Positions 9,660 to 25,300 of a stretch of 64,000 bases of DNA are shown in pieces; the first letter of the stretch is position 1; each line of letters starts with the position of its first letter. The translations under genes and the position numbers were made by a program. Source of the DNA: a virus; the IMG/VR virus record IMGVR_UViG_3300035158_000222, positions 35,955 to 99,954 of that record. One strand, written 5' to 3'. Below the pieces are notes generated by a model that was not told the DNA's origin, did no database searches, and saw only the letters and a list, made by a program, of their open reading frames with translations.

Positions 9660-10304
9660 TTAGAATACCTTGACAGGATTTGAGTTAGTAAGCTTACGTT
9701 TCTCCAGTTCGATCTCTGAAGTAAGATCTCTGTAAATAGCCAGCAGCTCATAGCTGTTAGCTCTGCCTACCAGAGTTCTGTATCGGTCAAGCTTAATGTT
9801 GTCCATTAGAATCCGCATGATTCCTTCCTTCCTGCAGACCTTTCTGAACAAACCAAACTCTGCCTTATCAAGGTTGATTGAACCATCACCGGCTGTATCC
9901 GGAATATTACTTAGCCAATGTATCTCTATCGTAGGATAGGATGAGGACGGCTTAAGGTCCTGCTCGGCATAAGTCTTAGGATCCAGTCTCAGCATCTTGA
10001 GTTCTTTGTCAAATACCCAGTTGATATACAGCCATCGCTTTCCGTTAGCGTCAATCAGATACACGTTCTTTATATCCTGCAATCCTTCGTAGGTAGTGGC
10101 GCTTGACATATCTATCTCGTGTGTATCTGTATCCACAGTGCTATACGCTATCTGTGCAGTATTTACGAACATCACTTCTGGGGATAACTCACTGCCGGTT
10201 TGGTTGACAATATCCAACCATTCTGTCGAAGTTACGACTACCATGGTCGGATCTTTAGTGGCCTGGGCTAGATCTTCTATGAATTTTTTGACAGTAATTG
10301 CCAT
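9660..10304 (-). CDS. probable head-tail adaptor (gatekeeper-like) protein
   Basis: 214 aa, helical N-terminus plus beta core. Size and position fit podovirus adaptors (inference). Confidence 0.45.
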   Translation of the reverse strand: MAITVKKFIEDLAQATKDPTMVVVTSTEWLDIVNQTGSELSPEVMFVNTAQIAYSTVDTDTHEIDMSSATTYEGLQDIKNVYLIDANGKRWLYINWVFDKELKMLRLDPKTYAEQDLKPSSSYPTIEIHWLSNIPDTAGDGSINLDKAEFGLFRKVCRKEGIMRILMDNIKLDRYRTLVGRANSYELLAIYRDLTSEIELEKRKLTNSNPVKVF

Positions 10305-10321
10305 ATGTTTACACTTATTAC

Positions 10322-13300
10322 TTATATTTTAGCACGTTCAGGAACTCTGGTCAAAACCTTCCGGTCTTCCAGAGTATTACTGAATTCCTCGTTCGTGAAT
10401 GCGATAACGTTTGTTACAATGAATGGATTCACGTCGCCCCAGCCTTTTAGCGGCTTAGGCAGGGTTGACAATGGGTATCTGCGCATAACTCTCAGTAGTT
10501 CTGACCTTAGCAGCGGTAGTTCCTCGAGATCCTTCTGTCTCAGTGCATTGACTCTGGCTATTCTGGCTTCCCACCATTGATCCCATTGCGCGTCTGTCCA
10601 GACTGATCTGTCTTGCCAAGTGCCTCGCTTCACAAGAATATCCTCTACTTGCTTCTTAATATCAAATGGGATATTTTTTCTGAACTTGTTTTGCTGTCTC
10701 ACAGCCCATGCCTGGTCAGGCCTTTTGTTGTCTTCGATGCGTAAGCCCTCTTCCATTTGTCTACCTAGGGACAGATAGGACAGGAACTTCTTCTCTGGAT
10801 GGCGCTTAAAGTATTCATTGCGCAACCAGGATGGTAGCATCTTGAAATAATATGTTGACATGAACGTGCCAAACGTTGTGGCCCATGTGCTCATAGCTCT
10901 CCCGTACAGCTTGTTTAACAGCCATCTGCCTTCCTCGGTTCTAGTATCCGGTACGGCAGGAAGAAGATCTTTGAACTTCTCTGCGCTTCTCCATTGCTTC
11001 TGCTCTACAGCTTCGAAGAACTTCTCAGCCTTACTAAACTTGTTGCGTGTAGTATCGAACTTTGATCTGTCTGTCCAGTATGATGTAGGCATCTTGGATA
11101 CTTCCCAGTATTCCTCTAGCTCTGGATATCTATCCAGGAATGTCTGTCTCAATTCGTATTGCTTATCAGAATCTTCGTGCTCGATCTTAAAGTAGGCTCT
11201 CTGAAGTAGGCGTATTCTCCGTATCCCCGGAGGAACCTGGAGTAGCAGATAGCGATCTAAGTCTTCATGTTCTAATAGGAATTCGCGCCTCTCGCTGTCG
11301 TAATCGAGGGCGTTGTATTGCTCCATGAGCGTGTCCATAGCCTGCTGCTTGGGAGTGCGTGTTATTTCCCTATCGGATTTAAACCACTGTTCGAATTCAG
11401 GGTTGTCATCAAAATACTTCTGAGCTTTAGCCCGGGCCTCAAAATAGTCAAGGTAGTACTGCCGACCTTTACCATCAGCCTCGACCTTGTCTATTATCGT
11501 ATAATATATTTCACGTTGTAAATTAAATGCGACTTCTTCTTCGCTTATATCCTTGTCGCGATCCCACCATTCTCTGAGCTTAGGATTCTCTCGCAGGAAT
11601 TCTCTCCGTTCTTTCCGGCCTTCCCACGACTCTCTGTCTATAGCTTCGTACTGTTTCCATAGAGTATATGCTTCGATAGCTCCTGGGTTTGCACTATCGT
11701 GGCGTAGTCTGTAGTCCTTGTTGGCATCAGAGAAGTAGAACTCAAGCGCAGCAGCACGTCCGTCTTTCTCTTTGATATTGTTATGATCGTACCAGAACTT
11801 GTAGTATCCGACTATTCCCGGCTTATCTCTCTCCCATGCGTCTCTTTGAGTTTTGTTTTCGGCTTTGAAGAAGTATCCTAACCTGTCTTGGAATTCCTCA
11901 AACTCCTGCATCTTAAGAGCCATAGGATAGTATACCTTCCTGTCAGGGTGGATATCAAAGTATCTGTTCCGGAACCATTCTTCCTGGTCGTATACGAATT
12001 GGTAGATAATGCCTGGATCTTTCTCAAACTTGTCAGCTGCGTCTTTCCATACTCGCTGGTAATCTACTACAGAGTGTACTCCGTCTATCTTCTTGTTCTC
12101 ATGATAGGTCTCTCTTGCTTTCTTATTCTTTTCTGACCAGAACCAGACTGTGGCCAGGTTAGTTCTTTTTCCGGTAAGGAGTTCGTTCTCTTCGTCGCGC
12201 TTCTGTAGCTCCAGCCAGGTACGGACATACGGATACGTGATTCGTTTCCATGTGTTATGTTCCTTACTGAAATAGAATTCTCGGAAGTCATCCCATCCTT
12301 TGTTGCCCTTCTTCTGGAAGAACAGGTCGAAATATATCGTACTATCGTCCACCTCTCTTGCCTTGGTCAGGCCGTCATACAGTTGCTTCAGTTTGTCATA
12401 GTAGTTATATGTTCCCGGTCTTCTTCTGTCCCAGGCCTTGAGTGCGTTCTGATTCTTCCAGATATAATCGTATAGGCCTTTCCAGTCTGCTGGATCGAAT
12501 CCGGTTTTATCCTGGGTATCTACTATCTTCTGGCGCCTGATATTAGTCTCCTGTACTAACGGGAAGTACAGTCTAGCATCAGGATTGGAAAGATAGTACC
12601 ACTTCCTGAACCAGCCAGGCTTGGCATTGAACCAGTTAAAGAAGTCTGTGTCTTCTTCACGCTCTATGCGCTGAATCATTTCTCCCCACCAATTACCGTA
12701 TTGTACACGCTTCTCATAGTATTCACGCTGCCACGGCGGCATCTCGTCAAGATATCTTTGCTTCCACTTAGGTATGCTAAGGATAAGATCTTCTAACCTC
12801 TTGTTATATTTATCCCAGTACTTATTAGCTTCCTCATCTGGGAGTTCGTCTAGGTTATCCGGTAGGGTAGCAAATACCAGAGACATGCGTCCGTAGAAAC
12901 GCGCATCTTCATCTCGCGCCTGTTCCTGCGCCTCCAGGCCTAGGGCCTGCCATCTTTGGTAATCAACTTCGGCTTCTTCCTTGTATATTTGAGGATCAAG
13001 GAATGTAACTATAGCATCATACTTCTCGAGTATTTTAACAACCTCGTCAATATTCTTGACTTTCAAGTTTCCAAATTTATCGAATAGTTCAGCGCGCAGC
13101 TCCGCCTCCTTGAACGGCTTCTTGAACGGATGTGAGATACCGGCCAGATTCATTCTGGCTATCTTGTTTTGATCTACATCTCTCGTAGTCGTTAGCATCT
13201 TCCTTATGGATGCTTCAACCTGGGCCATCTCGAACTTACGCTTACCGAGTATCTGCTTAGACGTAATGCCGTATTGTTTCTCAAGATCATCAAAGTGCTT

Positions 13301-16300
13301 TTCTACTATGTGCTTGATATCAGGATTCTGTGCCAGCCACACGTCACCTGATCCGTCTTTCTCCCACTCCTTCTCGAAGTAGACCTGGATAACAATAAAC
13401 TTATGAAGATCATATATCTTTTGTTCTTTAGATTTTCCCTTGGCTTTGTTGATCCGGTCCATCTGCAAGAGCATGTTATATTGCTGGAAGTACTTCCATA
13501 GATCCGGGTTCTCTGCCTCAAGTGACCGCTTGAATAGATCTCTCTCATGAGGAGGAAGTTTGTTCAATGAGTCCCAAACGAATGCTACGTCCTCGAGCTC
13601 AAGATAGTTCAGACCGAACCATTTGAATATAGCCCGCACCTTCTTGGAATTATACCAGGCAGTACCTCTAAGCTGGACAGCATAATCAGTTTCGAATATT
13701 GATTCCATAACTCTTAGCGGAGGAAGGTATGCCATCATGAACGTCACAAGAGCACTGGGCTCATCGGAATATGTTAGCTCGTCTGTAAATCTTGAAGCAT
13801 CTCTCTCTTTGTATCTTCTTTGTTCCTCGGCAAACCAACCATACTTACCGAAGTCACGCATAAGCGGACCAGTCTCGTGGAATCCCCTCTTGCCTACAAG
13901 CTCGATTCCTCCCGCGAAGAACGGTCCCCACCCGAGAGCGAATGACATCTTTAGCGGATTATCAGCGAACTTCTTCAGCGACTCGAATGGATCTACTATC
14001 ACCCTTAGGTATTCAAGAACACCAAAGTGAGGCAGTACCCATATCTTGTCACCGAACGGAACTCTTTCCTTGAACTGGTCAGGCATGTCAGCAGACAGCT
14101 TGTCATATGCATCAAGCAGAGCGTTAGAGGCCTGATATACGCCAGGACCATACTTGATCATAGCTCCGAGATACAGTCCGATGGACTTAGCAGTAAACGC
14201 GTAGAACGGGAAGAATGTTCTGAAGAATCTTCCTGCAAGTGTCAGATCACGATAGTCGTATAGGAACTTCTTAACCTTGATCTCTGTCTTGGCCTTATTG
14301 AAAGCCTTCCTGTACATCAGGTCATGAGCCATGATTACCCTACGCATATTCTCTAGTTGTGCTGCCATGGATACATAGTCCGCGAAGAATACTCTGCCTG
14401 CAAGCTTGAGCTTACGCGCAGTTTTTCTGGCTACTACAAAATTGTTCAAAGGTTCAGAGTCCATGTAATCTCTCAGAACACGTACGTGCCCTTCGGCTTT
14501 CTTCGGATCAGCCAGGTACTGCACAAGACCTGCTGATGTAATACTCTCCCAGTCTCCCAGCTCAATAGCTTCGTTAACCAGGTTCTTATTTCTAGGCTTG
14601 ATAGACTCCATGTATGCTTTACGTACGCGCTTACTTCTCAGCATTCCAGGTATACTTCTGGAGTCTTTCTTTGCCTTCAAGTATGCCTCGAGATTGTACA
14701 CACCAATGTCTGCCTCCTTGCCGATCATTAGCTTAGTGAACTCACGAACATTGATCAAGTGCTTCTTCATCCGTAATGCAGTTGCCTCTGCCTGTAGCCT
14801 ACTGATATCAATAAACAGCCTTACATTTCTGGTTCCCATTATTACTCTCATGGAGTCACCAAGATAGTTCCAGAGTAGCCAGCCCGGTCTCAACATAAGT
14901 ACTGACCATATGAATGTACTGAATGCTGTCCGCCTTATTGTCTTCTGTACCTGGTTAACATCCGGTAAGGTCTTTAGGAATAACTTATTGGCCCGCTCAT
15001 AGTACCTCAGATTTCTCGGCACCTCACCTACAAGCTGTTCGTGAATGCCGTTGAACGTATCGTCAAACTCTTGTCTCTGTCTCTCGTGAAGATAGAACAT
15101 GTGATTAGCCATCTTACGCTTGAAGCTTTCGATAAGTCTGCTAGGCATATCGAATTTGAAAACATATCTCTTGATGTTCTTTGATATCTCAATGGCCTGT
15201 CTGTGGTGTTCGTCGATCAAACGTTCCTGCCAGTCGAGTAACGGCTTACCATTATTCTGTTCCATAAACCCCTTTCTTATCTCATCTCTGTATTCTTTCA
15301 TGGCTGAGTCTATCCCCTTATCGAATTTTTCCTTTAACTCCTGACGTCCCTTGATAGATGCCCAGTCCACCATGATATCCTTAATAGGTTTCTGGAAGTA
15401 TGAGTTATGGTACATGTTCATCTTGTCTGTAATAAACCATGGCGGGAACTTGTTCGGATCACCCATCCACTTGCTGACAGATTCTTGTAGCTCCTGCCTA
15501 AGCTTAGCTTTTATGAGCTCTTCGTGCTTTAGAATATTAACAGTACCAGGCAGACTAAACTTTTCGTATAGGTCTCTCATCGCCTTGGTTCTGAACTGTC
15601 TGGTGGTCGGGAACATCAGGTCAACATGCTTGGCCTTAGTCACCGTCTTCTTTAACTTGGGGTCGCGCATAGATATCTTAACCGGATTACCGTTACGTAT
15701 AGCCATGATATTCTTCTCGTTAAAACTCATGAACGCCACCTTGCTATTAGGTAGAGATGATACGAATTCGAATACAGCCTTTTCGCCGGGCATCATCTTG
15801 ACTCCATTGAATACGAACCTTGTTCCATTATTGTATCCATACATGATAGCCTTTCTCTGGTCTGGATTCAGGAACGTACTCCGTCCTCCGACTACAAGTA
15901 TATTAGAACCTCTGACAAACTTCTTATAGTCAGCAGCTTCTCCAACGCCCACGTTATGTCTGATCATATCCGCCTCTAATCCAGCCAGCGCCATATCTCT
16001 GGCAGATCTCTCGGCTATCTGTGGTCTAGATTCCAATAGAGAGTCAATCGTTATATTGCCTTTCTTGTCAACACCGAAGAACTCGGACGCAAAACTATCC
16101 GGATCTACGGGGAAGTGACCCGGGAATCCAGGCTTAGGATCGGCTGCGGCACGCACTATCTGGTCAAAGTCTTCTCTCATTAAGTTGTGCATAGCTCTGT
16201 CCTCGGGTAGCATTCCCTTACCATACATAGAATTCTTAAGGTGCCACGGGCTAGCCAGCTCACTACTCTCACCGAATATCCAGATAGCACCACGCTCTTT

Positions 16301-19300
16301 CATCTTGTCGACCATCTTTGTTACAGCCCTGGCCTCCACATCGTTCATACCAAAGCCTTCACCGACTAGGATTCGGCCCAGGTTGTCGGGGTGGAAATCA
16401 GGATCTACAATGACAGTCATGTTTTTAATATATCCCCTTACTTCGTTGGCTTGTCTTATCAGTTCTTCTTTCTGTGCGCCTACCATTCTTGTAGAACGTC
16501 TCTCTAGGTCTTTCCGGAAGGAGTCAAGAGTTTCCTTTAGGGTCCCGCTCATATCGAAGACCACCGGGAAATCCTTCTCCCGCCCAGTCTTTCTGAACAG
16601 TCCTTTAATAGCCGCGTGTACTTCCGTCATGCTTCTCGCATTGCCTACCTGCACTATATCAGCCTTCATAATTTTTATCTGGCCTAGATCTTTGGCAGAC
16701 GGTAGCTTGTCGTAGAATTGTTTTTTAATATCTGCTGCAGTAATGCGCGGCACTTCAGTAGTTGGATGAGTAACGGTCGGGACACCGATTTCCTTCAGGC
16801 CCTCTCTTGTTAAGAGTTTGTCGCCCATGTCTGCGATAGCATTGTGTAGTGCGCCCATCGCGGCTCCCATCTCAGGAGTGATATGTCCCTTGTCCGCCCA
16901 GTATACTCCATCTATCGGAATAGGAATATGATTATGTCTGGCTACAGCCATTGGAATTACAGACTTCTTGATAGCCTTTAGTCTGACCAGAGCCTCTTGA
17001 TTTGTTCTATAGTTGAATAGTATATCGTTATAGTCTATGTCAGGATCGCCTGTCCTTAGAGTTTTCTCCTGTCTCTTCATAGAATCCTGTACTCGCTTTA
17101 TCTCCCTATCAAGTTCGTCGTAGACATGTCTGGCTATAGTAGTATTTATGTTCCCATCCTTATCCACAATCTTTCCGTCCGGAGTATCACCGGTCAGAAG
17201 GAATCTCTCTACAGACATATCGTGTCTCATTCTATTTTCGACAGCAGCAAGATCAGTAGAAACTTCGTCTACCTTCTTGTCCAGTTTCTTGATCTTGGCA
17301 TCTCGTTCTTTCTTGAGTATGTCTATACCATCGCGTATCTGCTTTCTCTTAACTGTAAACTCTATAGCAGATTCGGCAACGATCTTTCTCATGCCAGCTC
17401 TTGCCTTCGGATCTTTTTCTTTATCGATCATCTTCTTAGCTTTCTCTCTTTGTCTATTGTATAGAGCCTGTCCATCTTCGATAACCTTATACTCACCGTT
17501 GATTCGCTTCTCGTAATCTCGCTCTATCTTTCTCGTCTGATTCGACAGGTCTTCAAGCTGGTCATTCAAACCTTTGATCTGTTTTCTATAGTCTGCCTTG
17601 TCAGACTTATCGTTGACCCACCTAGCCAGATCGTCTGGACCTATCTTATTCGCAACGTCAAATGCCACTCCAAGATTCTTCACGAGCTCTTCTGCAGAGA
17701 AATCTCTGATAGCCTTAGGAAGTTTCTTGGGCTTGAATGCTTCGCGCGCGGACTTGCTCAGGAGGTGTTTACCTATAACGTTACCACCAACCTGGTTAAG
17801 CTTGGACACTTCGGCAGCAGCTTTCGCATCCTCGGACGGACGCCTTGTGACTTTCCATTCCCAGTCATCAAACTTCTCTCTTGATATAGCTAGCTGTCTC
17901 TTTCTATATTCGTCACCCTTCTTGACTATCTTCTTCTTCTTAATCCGTTCCATGGCACTAGGATTCTCGCCCACATCATCAATCATCTTCTGGAATCTAG
18001 GAATAGGACCGTCTGTCATGTCGTCTAGATCAACGCGGATAAGAGGGGTTCTGGACCATCGAGGAGTTTCGAATGATACCTTAGCGCCCTTAATCTTCTT
18101 GAGCTTGGTATAGAATACTCCAGGATTAGCAATGTCTGGTTTTGTCTCCATTGTCTCCTTGCCGGTTCTTAAATCTACAGTCTTCTTACGCGGACCAACA
18201 TAATCTCCTCTACCATTGACCCAGTTAGAATGCTCCCTCTGCAATAATTTAGAGAATGCTTTTCCCTCTGGAAGCGAAGACTTTATTTCTCCGGACAATA
18301 TCCCGCTAAATATAGTTGCAGTTGAATCAACTACGTCTGCTAGCATCCCAAACTTTCTTAGTTCATCTATGCCACCATGTGCATCTTGCCAGGCAGCATA
18401 AGCCTTGTATAGAGCACGCTCTGCCGGAGGAACTTGCTTTTCTAGGAACTGCTTACCGAACTCGCCTATATTTATCTTGTGTCCTCTCATCATATCCCAT
18501 ATTTCTCTACCAAAATGTTTATAGTTCAGCTCAGCAGATTCTTCTACAGTATAGTAAAGCTTGCTTGCGAGACTATTTCCCTCAATAAGATCTGATGCCT
18601 TTCCGGTAGGAAGATATACAGACCGGTATCCCTCGGCCTTCTTGTTGTACAGCGCATGGCGTATTGTAATATCAAACCAGCTATCATAGAGATCGGCATA
18701 CCGCTTGTACACATCATAGTCCGCGATCTTCCTGCCCTTGACCGCCTTGTTAGATAGGATATCCATGAATGTAGTTCTGTATCTCTTCTCTTGACCCTGA
18801 TAGTAATCTATAATCTTCTTCGCAGAGTCCAGGTTTTTATATAGACCTCTTTTAAATTCGAGTCTACCTATCTTTACCTTCAGCGTACGACCAGCTTTGA
18901 AGTTAGCATTTAGATCAACTATGTTCTTGTAATACTTTCTATCGAGGTCATACAGTAGCTTACCGGTAGTAGTATCGGTACCAAGGCGCTTTGACTGCTC
19001 CTCTACGAATGCTAATACATAGTCTGCCATTGGATCGTGCGGTCCGAACTGTTTTTTTCTTAGCTTAGAGAGCTCGCCAAGTCTTGGCATAGTTTTTAGT
19101 TTACCTGCATCAAGCTTTGAATTCAGCTCTGCTATACCAAGGATAGTAGCATTAAGATCTCCTCTTGCCTCCGGTTCATACTTATACACGCTGTCTATCC
19201 GGCTGAATATACCCTTGTCCTTCGCGCCTGCTATTAAATCAGAAGTAAGTTTGTGTTTCTCTAGCCACTTGATAATATTCTTGCCTGCCTCATTTCTACG

Positions 19301-22300
19301 ATACAGACTGGTATTTTGTTCGATAAATATTTGTCCCTGCTTTGCCGCTAACTCCTTCGCAGGAATTTTTTCCGCTTCACTTTCGAGCCTGGCAAACTCT
19401 GCCTTATAGTCTTCTGCGAATTTAGCTATGTCTTTTCTCTGCTGCGTATTGCCATCGAAGTACATTCTAATAAGTTTATTCTCTATCTTGTTCGAGGTGA
19501 CATCGAAGGTTATGTCCCTATTAGCTTTTATATTCAGATCAATCTCATGAACAGCTTTCTCACTCGCCTTAGCAACATCATTGTAATTATCCATGGCACT
19601 CATCAGTTCCAGATCATTCTTATATTTAGCCAGCATTGATACTCTATTTTTTGCTTCTCTCTTCGCGACCTCTTCTATACCGGTAATACCGCCAGCTATC
19701 TCGTAGTCTCCATTAACAAAAGACTTCTTGATTTCCGGCAGAATGTCAGACTGGAACTCATGGATAAACACATCGTCCCCGATCTTAAACTCGGCATACC
19801 AACCAATACCATTGTATCGCTTCTTTGCCTCGCGGATACCAAACCTGTGGGCATTGGTTATAACTGCATCATCGACAAACAGCCTGCGCTTGTACTCTAT
19901 CGGAACCTTCTTCTTTTGTATATCTGTCATAGGCCCGATAGGAATAAGATTTTTAATTCCATACATTTCATGCCCAGTAACATCTACTACTCCAAGATCA
20001 TATCTTTGTCTCAGCCAATTTCTGTATGCATCGGCAAGCTCTGATGCTGGCATGGACTTTTCCTTGGTTGTCTCCAATAGATCCTTCCTGAATAATTCCA
20101 TGGCCTCAAGCTCGGCCTTCTTAATGCCCTCAAACTTAAATGGAGATGTAAGGGCTATGGCAGTGTCCGGCTTCTTCTCACCTAGCCAGTCTACAAATTT
20201 ATATTTAAGCTCGACAGGGTTCACTCTCTTAGATATGGCTTTCATGTCTGCGTCCTTTTGATTGAGCAGTTTTCTTTTTACTTTGAATCCGGAGAATGAT
20301 CCGTCAGTAAGGGCCCTGTCAAGATTGTCAACCGTTCTGGTTCTTGGATTATACGGACCCTGTGGCAGCACATACATTCTATCTACATACATATCTGCTC
20401 TCTGTTCAGCAGTAAGGTTGGTACCCAGCTCACGCTCTATAGCATCATCTACGGCAGAGTACTTTGCTGCATCGCCTATATCTACCTTACGTTTCTCGAG
20501 TGCAATAAGATTACCGATATCCTCCAGTGTAAGATCCGGCCTTAGTTCTCCTGGTCTGATCACTTCTCTCTTTCCAAACATAACATTAAAGTAATCGGCT
20601 ACTCTATCCAGGAGCTCTCTGACTTTACTAATGAGTCTTTGTCCCGTAGTAAGGGAGATTTTATCGGCAGCATACCTACCGATTGCCTCGGCAATACCCT
20701 CCTTATAGAAGTCTTCACTCCCGACTTTGATCTCAGGATACTTCTTCTCAATGTATTTAAGTATCTCGCCCTCGGTATCTAGTTCCTTCTTGAGGGCTTT
20801 ATAGAGATCAACATTCTCGCGAGAAATTACTTCTATGAATGGGTGAGCTATCTCATGGAATGGCGTTGAGGCCTTTGCGTAGGCACGGTTAATGTAGACC
20901 TGGCCATTTACGAATTGACCAGCCCATTTCATTTCCCTCCGATTAATTACTTTTACCTTCACGCCGAATCTGCTTGCGACTTGATAAGACGCACTGTCTA
21001 TCGCATACCTAGACATCTTCTTACCATAGGCCTGCTTCTCCAGCTTAGTCTTAGGCGGAGGGAGCAATAGAACCTCAGGCGGGGCCGGGTCTACGTTTAT
21101 TGTCTTGGGCCTTCTTGCTTCCGGATCTCTTACGAATCTAACTATATCAATAGCACCAAGTTCTTTCTTGGCGGCATAGAACGCAGCATTCCATTCCCGC
21201 AGCTTATCAAGATATTTCTCATAGGAAAGGATTTCTCTCGGGCTCTTGATATCTCTCAGCAGCGCTCCCACCTCTTCAGGCGTCAGCTTCTCGAACGCTT
21301 CCTCTCTGTCTACTTTATTTCTGTAGTCACGGGTCACGCGCTTACCACCGCTTCTCTCGCGTCTTAGTCTGGTTGCCTCGCGGGCTATACCCTCCTCAGA
21401 GAGTCCTACTAACATTCTTTGTTCTATATCCGATAGTTCAGTAAATTCCAACAGGAGCTCCATGGCAGTCTTAGTCTTCACGATGGATCCTGTCTCATCA
21501 CGTATACCTACAATCGGAGTAGCCAGAGCCTTCTCAAAGTTCCTTAGATAGTACTCAGGATTCTCTGCAGCCTTAACCGGATCAACAGACTGTGAGATCA
21601 GGTGGATAGAGTCATTGGCTCGGAACCCAGAACCGGCAGGAAGTCTGTCCTCCAGGATCGCATATACGATTGGATCATACGTTCCCTTGGCACGGAGCCT
21701 TTGCATGATCTCGGCAGATGTAAGAGTTTCTTCTATCTTAGCTTGAGGTGCAAGAACTTCGAAGTGTGTATCTTCGACAAAGCTCGGATGCTCTCTCATG
21801 TAATTGATAATGGCACGCTCTTCCGCGCTGTCACCAAACCACGCGAACTTCTTTCCATACCATGGGTTCGGCTTTCCCTTAGCATCAGTGGGATGCAGAA
21901 TAATCTCCAGCTCTCTCGCCAGCTCAGGAGTTACAAAGTAGTCCTCTGAGACATGCTTCTGCTTAGAGATTCTTCTATCTGGAGTTACTCTGTCGACGAA
22001 CTTAAGTTCGGGAACTGCCATCTTCTTTGCGTAGTCTTTGCCAACATCCTGGAGTTTTTTCCACTCTACTCTTTTGGCTTCGTATGCTTTCTGCCACTTA
22101 TCTATCGTGGCCTTGCTTCTCTTTTTCTTCTTGGCTATGTTTAGTTTCTCCTGAGTCACAAGCATATCTATCTTTGCCTGTGCCGCTCTTTGCTCCATTT
22201 CATTCAGCTTATCTATAACCGCTCTGTCTACAAGTCTGGGCTCAAGAACCTTCCAGACACGAGACCGCTGGTTATTCTCGAATACATCCTGCATGATCTT

Positions 22301-25300
22301 CGGGATAGATCTGGTTGTGGCACCGGGCTCCTTATCCATCTTCATTAGAATATCAAGGCCACCCTTTTGGATCTCCTTCGTGAACTTGTTGAACTTCTCC
22401 GTGAAGGCTTCCTTCGGGACCTTACGCCTCAGGATATAGGAAACTTGCTTGTTGAGTTTTCGCTCCGCGAACCAGAATTCATAATCATTCCATAGCTCAG
22501 ACATCTTGCGCACTTGTTCGTCAGTGTACTTCTCAAAGCTCCAGCCCTTGTTGCCCCCCTCCTTCTCGGGCACCATACCAGGCCATTCCTTCAGCTTATC
22601 CTTTAGGGTAGTGAATTGATTAGCATCTTTAGTCTTATTTAATTCGAATTTAGTATACAGAGCAAACTCCTTCTTGGTAGTTTCGTATAGGGCAGCGTCA
22701 GTTCTGGCCTTCAGGATATCGTCCCTTCTGGTAACAGCCCACATCGTACCAAGAGTATTGAAGTTTCTAAGTAGTTCGTTAATATTCTGATCAGTTAAAT
22801 ATCTACCTCTCATTATCATCTCTACGATATTGTACGGAGCCTTCGGGAAGAACGCTGGCTTGTCACCGCCAAGTTTCATCAGGAAGTATACCAGCTCATC
22901 AGCCGGGGTAAGTTTGAACGGGGCATCCGGTCTGTCTATCCAGATCTTCTTCTCCCTGTCCCACATCTTGGTAACCTGATACGATCTGTCTAGAACATTC
23001 CTTAGCTTCGCGTATAGGTTAGGATTAGTATAGTATAGATTTTCTAATCCGATAGCAGAGGAAAATACCAAGTCGACTTCGGGATCATACGGGGTGTACC
23101 TTCCTTCACCGATCTCATGAACACCGGTACGCTTCCACATTTCACGCACACCGGTCTTCGGATCTTTGATGCCGCCCTCGTAAGTTCTCTGTACAACATC
23201 CTGGATAGGATAAAGTTCGGACATTTGCTTTGTCCATACTACTTGCTTTTTATTTTTAACGACATCGAACTTGCCCAGTATGCTGGTAAGCTCTCCTCTC
23301 TGAGCGCTGTTCAGGAACTGATGGTACCACCCAACCTTCGGGTTTAGGTATGCTGTACGCAAAAGATTGTATACAACGACCGGCCCCATCTCACCTCTAT
23401 TCTTGGCAGCCTCAACATACTCGATAATAGTTTTGGTCTTACCCTTTGATGTGGCAGTAAGTTTCCTTGTCTTAGGATCGAATTGGAACTTCTGATTCTT
23501 CTCAAAGAACAGTGTCTTCCAGTTATCAGATATCTTACCTATCGTAAACCGTCTTGAGTTCTCTATCTGCTGCTGTGCAATAGCTGTGAATGCACCAAGA
23601 AGATCTCCGGACAATCCCATTCTTGTCTTTCTTGTACGTCTGTACATTACCCTGTACACGCCAGTATCAGGGTCCCTGAGGATCAGATTCTGATTATTTT
23701 TCCATAACGCCTGATCGTGTGGGTGAAGGGCACTGAAGTCGTCAGGAGTAATCCCGTAGAAGACAAAGTCATCAGTTACCTTTATCGGAACAGCCTGGTC
23801 TGCTTCAACCATTCTGCGGAAGAAGTCATCACGCTTCCTGTATATATCAGCAGCCTCAACAGCTCTGTCTATTGATCCATGATATTTCTTTGGATAGTCT
23901 TCATAGAGTTTCTTCTTAACCCTGTCCAGCTCTTCGGTTGTTTTAATCATACGTTCTCTTTTAATAACCTTACCGTCCTTGTCTACCTTCTCTATTACCC
24001 TGAACAGATCAAGTAATGCCTGTCGTCCAACCTTGTCCAAGTTTGCAACCTGCTCTCCATAGTAGACAAGTTCGAACCGCCCAAGGTTTCTGGATTCAAA
24101 TATCCTCTGCCTGAATTCTTTCAGGAAGTTGTCCGGAGACACTATTACTCCTACTCCTCGAGAGATGTTGTTCGGATCAAAGGCTTCACCATAAAGTCCG
24201 CGATTAAGTTCTACAACTTCATTGAACAAATCAGTATCAGCCTTGATCTCATCACTGACAAGATCCTTAAGTTTGGTCTTATCCTTCTTCACGAGAACTC
24301 TTTTGTAATAGGTCTCCGGGAACATTTGCATCAATCGTCTGATGTCCTCTGTCGCCAGGCCCATAGTTTCGTTGAATTTCCAGAAGACATCTTCAGCATC
24401 TGCGCTGGCTCTGATAGGATCTGCAACGTACTCCCTGAGATAGTTCTTTACCCTGGTGGCCGGGAGGTCGAATTCCCCGGATACCTTAGCCACTGCTTCT
24501 ATGAACTTAACTTCATTCTGCGCACGCAAAACTCCCAGCTCCTGATCGGTTAACTGGGTAATCTTTTTTCCTTTGTACGGAAGTAGTTTAGCTAGTGAGA
24601 TACCTCGCCACTTCATCGAAGCAACGGTTAAGGTATTGAGATTTATCTTATTGGGCTCAAAAGTTGTTAAGAGTTCACGGAATGTTGTCGCATCCTGCGG
24701 GGAGTAGAACCTCTCGGTCGGAACTTTCCCCTTCCGGATAACGTTATCCAGGCTCCAGATAAATTCGAATGTCCCGAGCGCGGCGCGCTTAAATCCTGTG
24801 CGCTCTGCATCGTCAAGAAGCTTGTATGCGATCTTCTGTCCCAGTGGTCTCATCAATCTTCTTGTCCCCCTACCAACCGGATACCACAATAGATCAATGG
24901 GGTCAGTCACAATCATCAAGGCTTCATCGAGAAGCTCAGTAAAAACAGGATAGTTGTTCTGCAACTTAACCCTGGTCTGGTCATTAAGTATGTTTAGGAA
25001 TGATATATCGTCCTCTCTTGTGATAGGAATCTTGATCTCTGTACCGGCCGGTATCTTTGTAATATCTTTGATTCCCATTGCATACAGGTCATTACGCATT
25101 TGAATATCAGCAATGATCTTCATTCTGTCAGGACCGGCAGGCACTATATCCATGAGGCTGCCTTCTTTTTCAAACCTATATTTAAACTCGTTGCGCGCGT
25201 CACGCATCCAGTTGTATGTCTTCTCCCAGTTCTTCATGATCTGCGGAACATCTTTAGCTCCTTTGTATAGCAGGATTTCTGTTCCTATCGGAATCTTATC